From NCBI GenBank assembly GCA_023265025.1, contig JAHFUP010000016.1, forward strand, positions 4,754 through 68,753: 64,000 nt of DNA. Direction: 5' to 3'. Below, in pieces: positions 8,800-19,695 of the stretch. This stretch comes from Acidimicrobiia bacterium. GTDB taxonomy: Bacteria; Actinomycetota; Acidimicrobiia; Acidimicrobiales; AC-14. The notes below the pieces were generated by a model. It had not been told where the DNA came from. It saw only the letters and a program-made list of their open reading frames with translations, and did no database searches. The stretch's first letter is position 1; each line of letters starts with the position of its first letter. The translations under genes were made by a program, and so were the position numbers.

Positions 8800-10344
8800 T
8801 CATCTCGGCTGCACCACCTTGAGGTAGTCGTCAATCTGCTTGGCCATGGCCGGGATGCGCTGGGTGTAGCAGATGGCGCCCACGGCTTCGTAGCAGGGGT
8901 AACCCCTGCTGGATGCGAACACCGGGTCGACGTACCGGTAGCCCAGGCTGGACAGGAACGAGATCACGTAGTGACGGCCACCGTGGCCGGGGAGGGCCCG
9001 GACGATCCCTGCGTCGGACCCATAGTTGAACGTCAGGCCAGTCTTGTGGCCGAAGGCGACCTCGGCCGACTGGGCGCAGGGCCGGACGTCGGCCCCGTAC
9101 GAGTACGCGTCGACGATGGCAACACCCGTTGCCGGGTCGACCCATCGGGACGGCACGCCGGCGGGGATGCCGGGTCGGGTGTTCGGGGCGCCGCAGAAGT
9201 TCGACGTGGACAGCGCCTCGTTGTAGCCCTGGTCGTCGAGCAAGGACTTCAGATAGGAGCGGGAGCTGGCGGACAGGAGCGAGGCAGTGACGGGCGTGCC
9301 GTTCGGGCGCTGCCAGAGGGTGCCGCTACCGCCCTCGATGAGCCAGAGGAGCCGGGCCGTGTCGAGCGACGTCATGTGGATCTGGCCCGGCTGCCAGTTG
9401 CCGCCGGTCGTGGGGTCGGTGCCGTTGACCTGGAGCGTGCCCAAGCCGAGGTCGCGGAGCTCGGCGTGCATGGCCGGCAGGTCGTTGCGATCCTGGAGGA
9501 GTTTCAGTAGCGCCCGAGCTGAGCGGTTGCTGGAGACGGTCATCATCGGCTCCATCCAGTCGGCGATGGTACGGGTCTCCACGTCGCCGGCCAACGGTTT
9601 CGGCGTCACCCTGGGAGCTCGGCCGTGCTCGGGCCGCTCGGACATGCTGGCCTCACCCTGGGCCGCCTCGTCGGGCAGCGCGCCGCCCGTGCGGATGTAG
9701 GTGTACTTCTGCTTGAGGCTGAGCTTGCCGGCATCGACGAGACGCATGATGCGGTAGGCGACGACGACCTTGAACAGCGACGCCGGGTACGGCGCCATGA
9801 AGTCGATCGGAGCGCCCTCCCGACCAGCCAGGATGTCGTCGGCCGCGGTGCGGGCCGGGCTGTCGGTCCAGCCCTTGGGCGTGATCAGGTCCCCGGTGGT
9901 CTGGTCGAAGGTGCCGCCGTTGTACCGGTCGATGTCCCACCGCCGCCAGCGGACCGACCCTGTGCCGTAGGTCCCCGCGGCGCCCGCGGACGTGCGATCG
10001 ATCGGGACCACGATGCCGTTGGGGTAGTCACGCGACAACAGCACGTTGGCGACATCTACAGCTCGACCGGCTGCATCCAGCTCGATCACGGCCACGTCGA
10101 CGTTCGGCATGTTCCTGATCGGACCCGCGGGGACGGTGCAGAAGCCGGCGTACGGGCACACGTCCTCGAAGGGCCCGAAGTCGATCGTCTCGCCGAACTT
10201 CGCATCGCGGACCGCGGCCAGGACCGCCGCCTCCAACGAGCTCGGCTGGACGGTCTCGGCGCCGGCGGCCGTCAGGCTGGGGGCCACGGTGACCGCGACG
10301 AGGGCCAGGGCCATCACAATGCTCGAGCGCGCACGCAAGGACAA
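8800..10344 (-). CDS. Secreted serine hydrolase, class A beta-lactamase-like fold
   Basis: Signal peptide MSLRARSSIVMALALVAVTVAPSLTAAGA. SxxK (SLFK), SxN (SSN) and KTG (HKTG) occur in class-A order. Confidence 0.75.
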   Translation of the reverse strand: MSLRARSSIVMALALVAVTVAPSLTAAGAETVQPSSLEAAVLAAVRDAKFGETIDFGPFEDVCPYAGFCTVPAGPIRNMPNVDVAVIELDAAGRAVDVANVLLSRDYPNGIVVPIDRTSAGAAGTYGTGSVRWRRWDIDRYNGGTFDQTTGDLITPKGWTDSPARTAADDILAGREGAPIDFMAPYPASLFKVVVAYRIMRLVDAGKLSLKQKYTYIRTGGALPDEAAQGEASMSERPEHGRAPRVTPKPLAGDVETRTIADWMEPMMTVSSNRSARALLKLLQDRNDLPAMHAELRDLGLGTLQVNGTDPTTGGNWQPGQIHMTSLDTARLLWLIEGGSGTLWQRPNGTPVTASLLSASSRSYLKSLLDDQGYNEALSTSNFCGAPNTRPGIPAGVPSRWVDPATGVAIVDAYSYGADVRPCAQSAEVAFGHKTGLTFNYGSDAGIVRALPGHGGRHYVISFLSSLGYRYVDPVFASSRGYPCYEAVGAICYTQRIPAMAKQIDDYLKVVQPR

Positions 10345-10574
10345 AATCTCCGCCTCGTCCCCCCTGATTGTTGCCGCTCATGACCGGGGGAGCAGGTCAT
10401 GGCCACGCCGTCCCGACGACCCTCGCAGAACTGCCGGAGAGTGTCAAGACTCCACTCTCGCGGTGCAAGGGGACGACGACCTCGGGTGCCCGCAGGAGAA
10501 CCCGCTTGCAGGACTCAGGCGGTGAACATGGATGGCGTCTCGCACGTCGTACGGGACGGACCGGAACCGGGGTT

Positions 10575-10676
10575 CCTCCTGCGGGGCCCGGTCGTCGTTC
10601 CTCCTGCGGGACCCGGTCGTCGTTCCTCCTGCGGGACCCCGGTCGTCGTTCCCTCCTGGGTACCCGTTTCGTCGTT
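10575..10676 (+). repeat. 26-nt tandem repeat family, locus C (4 units, last degenerate)
   Basis: Units of 25, 25 and 26 nt, then a degenerate 26-nt copy (CCCTCCTGGGTACCCGTTTCGTCGTT). Intergenic. Confidence 0.9.
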
Positions 10677-10997
10677 GGCCGCGGCCGCCTCGATGACCTC
10701 GGTCAAACCCTTTCAGGCCTTGCCCATTTCAGGAGTGTCCAGGCCGGTGGGTAGCGACGGCGCCAACGAGTGCCCTGCAGTTCATTCATGCGCCCGGGTC
10801 TTCGACCAACGCGGTCGTAGCTCCTCCAGCATGATCACCACGGAGGATGGGGGGTAGCGGCGCCAGACGACCTGGCCTCGGAGCCAAAGCTGGAGACCCG
10901 AAGCAACCTGCGTCGCCATCGTCGGTCGGGAGCCGGCGGTCCGGCCGAGGCGCTTCGCGCGCCACCGCTTGGTCACCTCGCGGTGCTTGGCGGCGAC

Positions 10998-12215
10998 TCA
11001 GCCGACGATGATCTGCGCCCTCATGTCTCTGTGCACCAGGCACCGAACCTCGTAGGTCCCGGGGGTGGTGAAGGTGACCCGGTAAGACACCGCGCCCGGT
11101 GGATCGACGCTGAGCAATCCCGAGCTCTTCAAGCCCCGCCCGTCGAAGGTCGTCGGAGGCAGTTCGACGCCGGAGGTGAGCACGGGAAGGTAGGCGGTGA
11201 ACAGCGGTGGTGGAATCGGGCTGTCGACCGGCACGAAGGCCCTGGTGTTCAAGGCGACGGTGCCGTCCGGTGCCCGCCGGATCAGCCCGAAGTCGTCCTC
11301 GGTGGCGTTGAAGGCGATCGAGTGAGCCACCACCGCGTCGAACGACACCGTCTCACCGGTGGCGACGGACAGTCGGGTGGGGACGAACTCGGCCAGGTAG
11401 GCATTCGGAAGGTTCTGCCCGACGACGCCTGCGAGCATCTGCCTCGCCGCGGTTGGTCGGTTTCTACCCTCGGCGGCGCGGAAGGCCAGGCCCTGCGTCG
11501 TCTGCCGGCCCTGGCGCTCCACTTCGGCGGCCCGTGGCACTGGCACGGAGGCGTCGGCGACCGTGAGCGTCCCGGTCATTCGGCCTCCGTGCACCAGGCA
11601 CATGTACTGGTAGGTACCCGGTTTGGCGCTGGATGCGATGCGCACCTTGAACCGGTCGCCGGGCAGGAGCAGGCCGCTGTTGTAGAACGTCTCGGTGCCG
11701 GTGAACTCGGGCTGGGCCCGCTTCTCACACGCGGGAGCGCCTCCCTCGAGAGCGATCGGCGGCAGTCCGGTGGCCAGGAAACAGGGCTGGGCCGCGGACT
11801 GGTTGGCCTGAAGGGACGCATCCGGTGCTTGGCGCGGGAAGACCTGGGGGAGCTTGCGGCTGCCCTCGGCGGTGTTGATACCGGGCTCGACCAGGGTCCC
11901 GAAGGTGACCGTGTGAGGATCGTCACCCTCGGTGTCGGGCATCCGAAAGTCGAGCTCGTCACCTGCGTGTGCCTGCACGGAGGTGTTCGAGAAGGTCAGC
12001 ACCGCGCTGATGCCCTCGACCCTGCCCCCGACCCCGATCGAGATCGTCTGCCTCTCTGTGGTGCCCACCGTCGCCGGCCCGACGGGCTTCGTCTCAGGAG
12101 CGACCGCAGTCGGGCCCGCCTCGCCTCCGGCAGTGGGCGCGCCACTCCCATCGCAGCCGGCGGCGAGCACGCTCGCCCACACCAACGCCAACGCCAACGG
12201 AGCCCGCCTGTTCAT
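10998..12215 (-). CDS. Lipoprotein with two cupredoxin (type-1 copper) domains
   Basis: ATG 12215 with GGGAGAGG upstream. Lipobox LAAGC. Two copper-site patterns: HTVTF...YMCLVHGGRM and HSIAF...RCLVHRDM. Confidence 0.8.
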   Translation of the reverse strand: MNRRAPLALALVWASVLAAGCDGSGAPTAGGEAGPTAVAPETKPVGPATVGTTERQTISIGVGGRVEGISAVLTFSNTSVQAHAGDELDFRMPDTEGDDPHTVTFGTLVEPGINTAEGSRKLPQVFPRQAPDASLQANQSAAQPCFLATGLPPIALEGGAPACEKRAQPEFTGTETFYNSGLLLPGDRFKVRIASSAKPGTYQYMCLVHGGRMTGTLTVADASVPVPRAAEVERQGRQTTQGLAFRAAEGRNRPTAARQMLAGVVGQNLPNAYLAEFVPTRLSVATGETVSFDAVVAHSIAFNATEDDFGLIRRAPDGTVALNTRAFVPVDSPIPPPLFTAYLPVLTSGVELPPTTFDGRGLKSSGLLSVDPPGAVSYRVTFTTPGTYEVRCLVHRDMRAQIIVG

Positions 12216-12340
12216 TTCGCCTCTCCCTTGCCCCGGTCTCCATGATCCCATCGCCGGTGGCGGCACGCCCAGGTCCGTCATCTCCAGCCCGCCGCCTCGT
12301 CGCCACGACGCCCACCCCCGTCGTCGCTGGCCCTCGCACA

Positions 12341-12994
12341 TCACGAGGAAAGGGTGATCCCCGTCTGGATGGTGACGCCTTCGACGAACAGGCCGGCGAC
12401 GGAGAACGAGCGCCCGTCCGCCAGCCTGCCGCGAGCCGAGAAGGACGTCATCGGTACGTCGTTGGTGCCGTGGGGGCGCAGGACCTGGCCGAATGTGCTC
12501 GCCGTGCCCTCCAGGCGGGGCAGCGCGGCCAGCTCGCGCATTGGCAGTTTCCCATCGGCCAGAGCGCCTTCGAGGCTCGGCCAGTCGACGAACCACACCG
12601 GGACCGCGCCGAGCCCCGTGGTCACCGCCAGCGTCGGGGCGGGATCCTGGCCGGGACCGTGTTCCCAGATGTTGAACCCTTCCGTCATCGGCGGGTTGCA
12701 TCCGAAGGCGCCCGGTCCCGCAGGCGAGGGAAAGTCGAAGAAGGTCAGCGTGTCGAAGTCGAGGGGCACGCATCCGGGCGGGCGGTAGAACACGATCACC
12801 GCCCGGCTCTGGTCGTGAAAGATCTGCGGGGGCGACCCGATGGTGGTGATGCGGGCGTAGAAGGGCACGTTGCCGCCGTCGTTGGTGACCACCTCGGCTG
12901 AGGCGGTCGGCACTCCGCCCAGGGCGGCAGCGACGAGAAGCATCACGGCGACTCGCCGAAAGTGCCGGGGGCGGGGGGTTGCATATCGGTGCAT
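12341..12994 (-). CDS. Secreted hypothetical protein
   Basis: ATG 12994 with GAGGAAAGGAAG upstream. Signal peptide RRVAVMLLVAAALGGVPTASA. High GC3. Confidence 0.65.
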   Translation of the reverse strand: MHRYATPRPRHFRRVAVMLLVAAALGGVPTASAEVVTNDGGNVPFYARITTIGSPPQIFHDQSRAVIVFYRPPGCVPLDFDTLTFFDFPSPAGPGAFGCNPPMTEGFNIWEHGPGQDPAPTLAVTTGLGAVPVWFVDWPSLEGALADGKLPMRELAALPRLEGTASTFGQVLRPHGTNDVPMTSFSARGRLADGRSFSVAGLFVEGVTIQTGITLSS

Positions 12995-13008
12995 TGCGCT
13001 TCCTTTCC

Positions 13009-13688
13009 TCAGCGGTTCGTCACGGACAGGTGGTAGGTCGCCTCGGTGCAGAATCCTGAGCGGAAGCAACCCCTGAAGTGGACGAGGTGGTCGCCGTGAC
13101 TCAGGGGGGCGAGGAGGAGATGGATCCCACCGGCCACCGCCGGTTCGTACACGCCGGCGGGAGCGCCGAGGACGTTGCCCTCCTCAAGCATCAGCGCGAA
13201 GGGTGGAGACTCGACGAGGTAGTCGCCCATGTTGGTCACCGCCATACCGTCGATCTCGGCCGAGGCGGTCGCGCCGGTCAGGTCGAGCCGCAGCTGGTCG
13301 CGCAGGTCCTGCTCGGTGGCGCCGCCACCGGGGTCGTTGGCCCAGATGGTGTTCACGACAGGAAAGAAGAGGGCCCTCCCCAAGGCACCGAACAAGTGCG
13401 GGTGACCGCGTCCCCGAACGTGCCGGCGAGGAACCATACCGATCCTGACTGGCGGACGGCGCAGTTGGCGCCCGTCGGGTCCGCCACCGGGTTGTCGGCG
13501 GCGGACCCGGCCAGGGCCCACTGCCACCACCGCGCGCTGAGCTCGGCGTAGCCGCCACCATGCGCTCGGGTGGCCGCCGGCAGCACGCCTGAATCGGGGG
13601 CACGGGCAAGCGCTGGGACGCCGCCCACCGTCGCTGCCACGACCAACGCGACGGCGGTCAGCCTCGCGCCCGTGCGGAACAACTTCAT
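13009..13688 (-). pseudogene. Secreted hypothetical protein split by a 1-nt frameshift
   Basis: The signal peptide MKLFRTGARLTAVALVVAATVGGVPALA and ..RTCSVPWG lie in ORF 13353..13688. The continuation ..RALFFPVVNTIWAND.. lies in the frame of ORF 13009..13764. The switch is at C-run 13378-13381. Confidence 0.65.
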
Positions 13689-13905
13689 CGGGCTCCCTTC
13701 CGGGCCTCGCTCTGAGGTCCTCTGCTCTTACGGGCAACCTCGCATCGGTCAGCCCGCCAGACATCCGCCAAATGGCGGATCTCTGGACGACTCGATTGGG
13801 GCCGGACGCCGTAGCATCGGTCGGTGGGCCTCGGCGTCTCGGCTCCTACGGCGGCTGCGCCGACTGGCGGATGTGTCCCGATGAGGCGGGTGACAGGTTG
13901 ACGAA

Positions 13906-14088
13906 GTGGACGTGCAGCTCAGCTTCGAACCTGGCGACCCGCCGCGCGGGCACGTCACCCGGGTCGACTCGTTGGGACCGCCAGGCGAGAAGGACGCCCA
14001 ATCGCCCGACGCGACTGTTCGATTCGAGGGCTGGCTCGGGCTGTTGCGCGTCCTCTCCGACATCCTGGCGGAACCGGACGAGCCCTGA
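13906..14088 (+). CDS. Small hypothetical protein upstream of the LuxR-type regulator
   Basis: GTG 13906. Ends 31 nt before 14119. Protein-like C-terminus ..VRFEGWLGLLRVLSDIL. Weak RBS. Confidence 0.35.
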   Translation: MDVQLSFEPGDPPRGHVTRVDSLGPPGEKDAQSPDATVRFEGWLGLLRVLSDILAEPDEP

Positions 14089-14118
14089 GCGCGACCGGGC
14101 GGCGAGCCCGGGGCAGCA

Positions 14119-16872
14119 ATGAGTTCCTCAGGCCCGATCATCGGACGAGCGCGGGAGCTGGCAATGCTGCGTTCGGTGGTCGAGCGCGTTGGCGCCGGGA
14201 AGAGCCAGATCACCTTCGTCGAGGGTGAGGCCGGCATCGGGAAATCCCGGCTCTTGGCAGAAGCCCTGGAAGCGGCTGCCGTGGGCGGAGTGTTGGTCCT
14301 GGAGGGCAAGGCGGACGAGCTCCATCGGACCCGGCCCTTCGGCGCCATCGCCGACGCCCTCGCCCGCTCGCCACGATCGCTGATCGCCGATGGGCAGGGC
14401 CCGCAGTTCCGAGTCGTCGACGCCCTGGTCGAGTCCTTGGAGGAGACCGCGCTGCGGGGTCCGGTGGTCGTCGCCCTCGACGACCTCCAGTGGGCCGACC
14501 ACGCCACCCTGGTGACCGTGCGTGCCATCGCCGCCCGACTCGGGACGCTACCGGTCGGGCTCATCGGCGCTTACCGCCCGCTGCCCAGGAGCCCGACGCT
14601 CGATGGCACCGTCGACCGCGCTGTGCGCGCCGGCGGCGTTCATGTCCGCGTCGGCTCCATGAGCTCCGACGAGGTCGCCGAGCTGGCACGACGCCACCTC
14701 GGCGAGGAGCCCGGGCCCAAGCTCCTCCTCCGGCTCGCGGGCGCCGCCGGCAATCCCCTGTTCGTGTCCGAGATGGTCGCCGCCCTCGATGAGGAGGGAT
14801 CGATCACCCGCGACGCCGGCGTGGCCGACGTGCATGACGTCGCCCTGCCGGCGCCGCTGCGGCTCACGATCCTGCGGCGGATGAGCGCGCTGAGCGACGT
14901 GACCCTGGAAACCCTCCGGGCCGCCGCCACCCTCGGTGCCACCTTCGCCGTCGCCGACCTGGTCGCGGTCACCGGGCGGACGGCCCTGGAGCTGTCCTCG
15001 ATCTTGTCCGAGCCGCTGCGAGCACGGGTCGTCGAGGAGGCCGGTGACCGGCTCTGCTTCCGCCACGACCTCATCCGGGACGCGATCTACCAGGATCTCC
15101 CGCGAGGACTACGGCAGGAGCTGCACGGCCAGGCGGCCCGGGCCCTGGCCCTCGCCGGCCGCCCACCGGTGGAGGTGGCCCAGCAGTACCTGCTCGGTGC
15201 CTCCCCGAACGATCGGGACGCCATCGCCTGGCTGCGCCGGGCCGCCGATGTCGCGGCGATGCGAGCGCCGGCCAGCGCCATCGAGTTCCTACACCGAGCC
15301 GCGGACGTGGCCGGCGAGGGTGACCCCGAGCGCCATCGCATACGGGTTCGCCTGGCCGACCTCCTCGCGTATTCGGGCCGTCCCGCCGAGGCCGAGGCCC
15401 TGGTGCAGTCCCTCCTCGAGGGCGGGGAAGACCCGTCACAGGACGGCCGGCTCCTGAACACCCTCGTCCAGGCCCTGTTCGCCCAGGGCCGGTGGCGGGA
15501 GATTCCCGACATCGCCGCTGCCGCCTTGATGCGGGTGACCGTCGACGCCGGCATGCGAGCCCGCTTGCTCGCCGAGAGCGCCCTGGCCCACATCTGGACC
15601 GGTGACCTCGACGCCGCGGAAGCGGAGGCTCGACAGGCGCTGCGCCTCGGGGAGGAATCCGACGACCGGCCGGCGATGTGGAACGCCCTCGGCAACCTCT
15701 CGGCGGTGGCCGACAAGCGGGGCCGGTTCCACGAGGGCGTGGACTTGGCCCGCCGCGGCCTGGATCTGGCGCGCGGATCCGATGTCGACGCCCAGCGGCG
15801 GAACCCCCACATCGCCTTGGCCATGGCCCTGGTCACGGCCGACCGTCTCCGTGAGGCCATCGACGTGCTCCAGCAGGGTCGCCAGCAGGGTGAGCGGCTG
15901 GGCACGCTGTGGGACCTCCCCCTGTACCACGCCATGGTCTCCCTGCCCCTCCAGTCGTTGGGTGAATGGGACAGGGCCGCGGCTGAGGCGGAGGCGGCGC
16001 TGGCGTGCGCCGAGGAAGTAGGTGCCGGCGGCGGCCGGGTGGGCGCACTCGGCACACTGGCGCGGATCGCCATCCGGCGGAACCGCCTCGACGAGGCGGC
16101 GCGCTACGTCGAGGTGGCAAAAGCCATCGTCGACGAGTCGGGCCCGCAGTGGGGCAGCGTGCCGGTCGTCGCCCTGCTCGAAGCGCAGGGCGACCTGGAC
16201 GAGGCGGCAAAGCGTCTCGCCGCGGGCTGGGAATCGGCGGTTCGGGGGCGCATTGCGGAGGCGCAGGTGGGCATCGGGCCCGAGCTGGTGCGTCTCGCCC
16301 TGGCCACTGGTTCTCGGAGCTACGCCGACCATGTGGCCGGGGCGTTAGAAACGCTGGCGGCCATGGTGCGGGTGCCCGTCGCCGACGCCGGCGCGTTGCT
16401 TGCGAAAGGTCGCCTTACGGGCGACCCCGAGACGCTGCTGGCCGCGGTCGAGGCCTACCGAAAGGGCCACCGCGCCCCGGCGCGCGCCGACGCCGCCGAG
16501 GTGGCGGCGGTTGCGCTGGCCCGCGCCGGCCGATCGAGGGAAGCGGTCTCCCTGCTGGAAGAGACCATCACGACGTTCGAAGCGGTCGACGCCAAGAGAG
16601 ACCTCGCCCGGCTCCGCAGCACGATGCGGGAACTGGGCCTACGACGCGGAACTCGTTCACCCCACCGGTCGGCCCGAACCGGATGGGAGGCGCTGACCGC
16701 GACCGAGACCCAGATCGTGACGCTCGCAGCACAGGGCCTCACCAATCCGGAGATCGGGCGGCGACTCTTCATCTCGCCGCGCACGGTCCAGTCCCATCTC
16801 GCCCATATCTTTCTGAAGATCGGCGTGACCTCGCGCGTCGAGCTTGCCACTCAGGCCGCGTCACACCTGTGA
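14119..16872 (+). CDS. Large ATP-binding LuxR-family (LAL-type) transcriptional regulator
   Basis: Walker A GEAGIGKSRLL, a long helical/TPR-like middle region, and a C-terminal LuxR HTH (LTATETQIVTLAAQGLTNPEIGRRLFISPRTVQSHLAHIFLKIG). Confidence 0.9.
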   Translation: MSSSGPIIGRARELAMLRSVVERVGAGKSQITFVEGEAGIGKSRLLAEALEAAAVGGVLVLEGKADELHRTRPFGAIADALARSPRSLIADGQGPQFRVVDALVESLEETALRGPVVVALDDLQWADHATLVTVRAIAARLGTLPVGLIGAYRPLPRSPTLDGTVDRAVRAGGVHVRVGSMSSDEVAELARRHLGEEPGPKLLLRLAGAAGNPLFVSEMVAALDEEGSITRDAGVADVHDVALPAPLRLTILRRMSALSDVTLETLRAAATLGATFAVADLVAVTGRTALELSSILSEPLRARVVEEAGDRLCFRHDLIRDAIYQDLPRGLRQELHGQAARALALAGRPPVEVAQQYLLGASPNDRDAIAWLRRAADVAAMRAPASAIEFLHRAADVAGEGDPERHRIRVRLADLLAYSGRPAEAEALVQSLLEGGEDPSQDGRLLNTLVQALFAQGRWREIPDIAAAALMRVTVDAGMRARLLAESALAHIWTGDLDAAEAEARQALRLGEESDDRPAMWNALGNLSAVADKRGRFHEGVDLARRGLDLARGSDVDAQRRNPHIALAMALVTADRLREAIDVLQQGRQQGERLGTLWDLPLYHAMVSLPLQSLGEWDRAAAEAEAALACAEEVGAGGGRVGALGTLARIAIRRNRLDEAARYVEVAKAIVDESGPQWGSVPVVALLEAQGDLDEAAKRLAAGWESAVRGRIAEAQVGIGPELVRLALATGSRSYADHVAGALETLAAMVRVPVADAGALLAKGRLTGDPETLLAAVEAYRKGHRAPARADAAEVAAVALARAGRSREAVSLLEETITTFEAVDAKRDLARLRSTMRELGLRRGTRSPHRSARTGWEALTATETQIVTLAAQGLTNPEIGRRLFISPRTVQSHLAHIFLKIGVTSRVELATQAASHL

Positions 16873-17028
16873 TGATGTCGCTCCGCGTCCCTTGACGGGC
16901 AGCGGGCGTGAGCCCGGGTCGGTCGGCCGTGTGTCGGCCGAGGGGTGCTCGTCAGTGCCGGTGGCAGGCAAGCCGCCCCGCGAGCGCGTCGCAGTCGTTC
17001 GCAGGAACGCGACATCGCCCAAAAGTGA

Positions 17029-18313
17029 CTACCGGTAGGCCCGCGCTTGGATGTCAAACAGCTCCCGATAGACGCCGCCCGCGCCCATGAGCGAATCGTG
17101 GCTGCCCTGCTCCACGACGCGCCCGTCGGCCAGCACCACGATGTGGTCTGCCATCCGAACCGTTGAGAACCGGTGGGACACGAAGAGGACGATGGCGCCT
17201 GTGCGGGTCGCCGCCTCGGCGGCCAAGCCTGCGAAGAGCTCGAACAAGGCGTCCTCGGCGTGGGCGTCGAGCCCGGACGTCGGCTCGTCGAGCAGGAGCA
17301 GCAGCGGTCCCTCGCGCATGATGGCCCGGGCCATCGCCACCTTCTGCCACTGGCCCTCCGACAGGTCGACGCCGCCCAGCCACTGCTGGCCCAGCTGCTG
17401 TTCGAGGCCCACAGGCAGCTCTGCGCGTACTCGGTCCAGCGCCGCGGCGACGGCGACCGGGTCGTCCACCGAGGGGATATCGCCGATGCCGACCGACTCA
17501 CGAAGCGTCAGCTCGATTCGGGCGAAGTCCTGGAAGCCCCCGGACAGACGACGGCGCCACTCGGCCACGCCGAAGCGGCGCAGGTCTACGCCGTCGACGG
17601 TGATCGATCCCGACGTCGGCTCGTAGAACCGGCACAGGAGCTTGACTAGGCTCGTCTTACCCGCGCCGTTCTCGCCCACGATGGCGACGGTCGAGCCGGC
17701 CGAAAGGTGCAGCGTGACGTCGCGCAGCACGTCGTCGCGGCCGTAGCGGAACGAGACGCTCTCCAGGTCGATGCCGTGCCGCAGCTGGTCTGGCACCGGC
17801 GCCGGCTCGGCAGGCGCGGCGCGGGTGGTCGCTTCGCGCGCGTGGTCCTCCAGCCACAGGAGATGGCCGAAGACACGCACTGCCGTGGCCGACCGGTTGG
17901 CGACCTGCAGCACCTGCGCCACGAGGGCGTTGACCTGACCGGACAGCACCATCACGAGCAGGACGTCGCCGGGCGTGGCCTCACCCCGGCTGGCTCGCGC
18001 CAGGGCCAGGCCCACGGCGGCGAGGTAGCCGGCGGCGAAGGGCAGCCACCCCGCGGTCCGCAGCAAGCCGGACCTGAGCTGGGCTCGGGCCACCGTGTCG
18101 GTGACGTTGTCCCACGCCCGCCGCCGGCGGCGGGACGTTGTCGACCCTCCGGGTGACCCGGTACGCCAGGGCTGTGCGGAAGGGCCCGATCAGTTGTTGA
18201 AGGAGGAGCAGGAGGACGAGCGCGGCCAATGGCGGGGAGGGGCCCACTCGCGCGAGCAGGACCGCCCATCGTTGTCGCCAGCACCACCTCCCTGCCCGTC
18301 GCGCCGTCACCAA
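17029..18313 (-). pseudogene. ABC exporter (fused permease-ATPase) with intact NBD but abbreviated, frameshifted membrane domain
   Basis: NBD motifs GENGAGKTSL, LSEGQWQKVAMARA, LLLLDEPTSGLD. Only about 115 aa of TMD lie in frame. The upstream piece (ORF 17981..18313) is offset by a 31-nt segment bounded by the 9-nt direct repeat GACGTTGTC (18103-18111, 18134-18142). Confidence 0.6.
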
Positions 18314-18739
18314 TGAGCGCGGCCGGGCCGGGGCCCTACGTCACCGCGAAGTCAGGCCGTCAACAGCCTGGCGCGTCGTGATCATCCCGGTTCACTCTTG
18401 CGAACGACTTCCGCCTCCGCAATGGGCGGGCGCCATCCAAGCCGTCGCCGATTGCCACTCAAGGCCGCCCTCGCCGGTCACCTGCACCGAATCCGGCGAC
18501 CGCTCGGCGATCGGCTTCCGAGCCAATGATCAACGGCTGTCTACAGACCCAAGCTTCGTCCCTCGGCCACTCCTGCAGCCGCTGGCGACAGACCCCTGGC
18601 CGGCGGGTAGCGTGTCGCCACGCGTCGGGGGACGCGCCCGGGCCCGCGGGAAGGACTGAGTCCACCTCCAGCGCTACCGGTTCGTGTGGCACTCCTTTCC
18701 ACCTGTGGTGCGGGCCCCAGGTGACGAGAGGAGACGCGC

Positions 18740-19695
18740 ATGTCGCAGTTGCCGGACCGTCCCGACCTCGACCAGTTGCGGCGCCGCGCCAAGGAGCTCC
18801 AGCGGCGGTCGCCCGAGGGGACGACGCTGGCCGCCGCCCAGCTGGCGGTGGCCCGCGAGCTCGGGTTCATGAGCTGGGCCCGCCTGCGCGAGGCCGTCGT
18901 CTCGCGCAGGGCAGGCACGGTGGCGGCCATGTCGCCGGACAAGCACCGGGCTGCGTCCGTCCACCCTGCCTCTGAGTTCCTTGCCTCCGCCCGAGCCCGA
19001 GGCTGGGACCCCGGCAGGCTCCCGGTCGGCGCGGTGTTCACAGCCCAGACGTTCCTCACGAAGCACCTGGACACCCAGCCCGAGCGCTACCAGCCCTCGG
19101 CCACCCTCACGCCCACCAACGGCCGGGTGTTCGTGACCCTGGACGACCCGCCTGTGGCGGTCGCCTGCTTGGGGTTGGGCGCACCCGCCGTCGTGACCCT
19201 TCTTGAGCACCTCGCCGGGCTGGGCGTCCGGTGGTTCATCGCCGTCGGACCGGCGTCGGGGGTTGCCGTCGGCCTGGAGTGGGGTTCGTGCGTCGTGCTC
19301 GACCGGGCGCTCCGTGACGACGGTGTGTCCCAGCATTACGCCGCTCCGGCTCGCTACGCGGCCTGCGACGGCCCCTTGACAGAGCGCCTTTGTGGGGCGG
19401 TCAGGGCCAGTGGGATCGAGCCTCGCATCGGGGCGACCTGGACCGTGCCTATCCCATACCGGACCACGCTGAAGAGCTCGACGTCTACCGCGCTGAAGGA
19501 ATCCTCGTGACCGAGCTGACGACCGCCGCCCTGTTCGCTGTCGCCACCGCCCTCGGCGTGCATGCGGCCAGCGCCGTGACCGTGACGAGGACACTCGGTC
19601 CGCCACCCACCGGCTCGCGCCCGAGCCGTCGCAAAGGCCAGATCATCGAGCTCCTCGAGGCGGCGGTCGAGGCCATTCGGGCGGCGGCGGCATGA
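18740..19695 (+). pseudogene. PNP_UDP-type nucleoside phosphorylase-like protein with N-terminal helical extension, split by a frameshift
   Basis: ..GATWTVPIPYRTT in ORF 18740..19510 continues as AEELDVYRAEGILVTELTTAALFAV.. in ORF 19390..19695. The switch is near 19466-19469. Confidence 0.6.

Noticed and set aside
10782-10976. 64-aa minus-strand ORF (..RWRAKRLGRTAGSRPT..VVIMLEELRPRW..) as a transposase or HTH fragment next to repeat locus C.
   Set aside because: It has no recognisable family motif, the translation is Arg-rich, and no start or RBS supports it.
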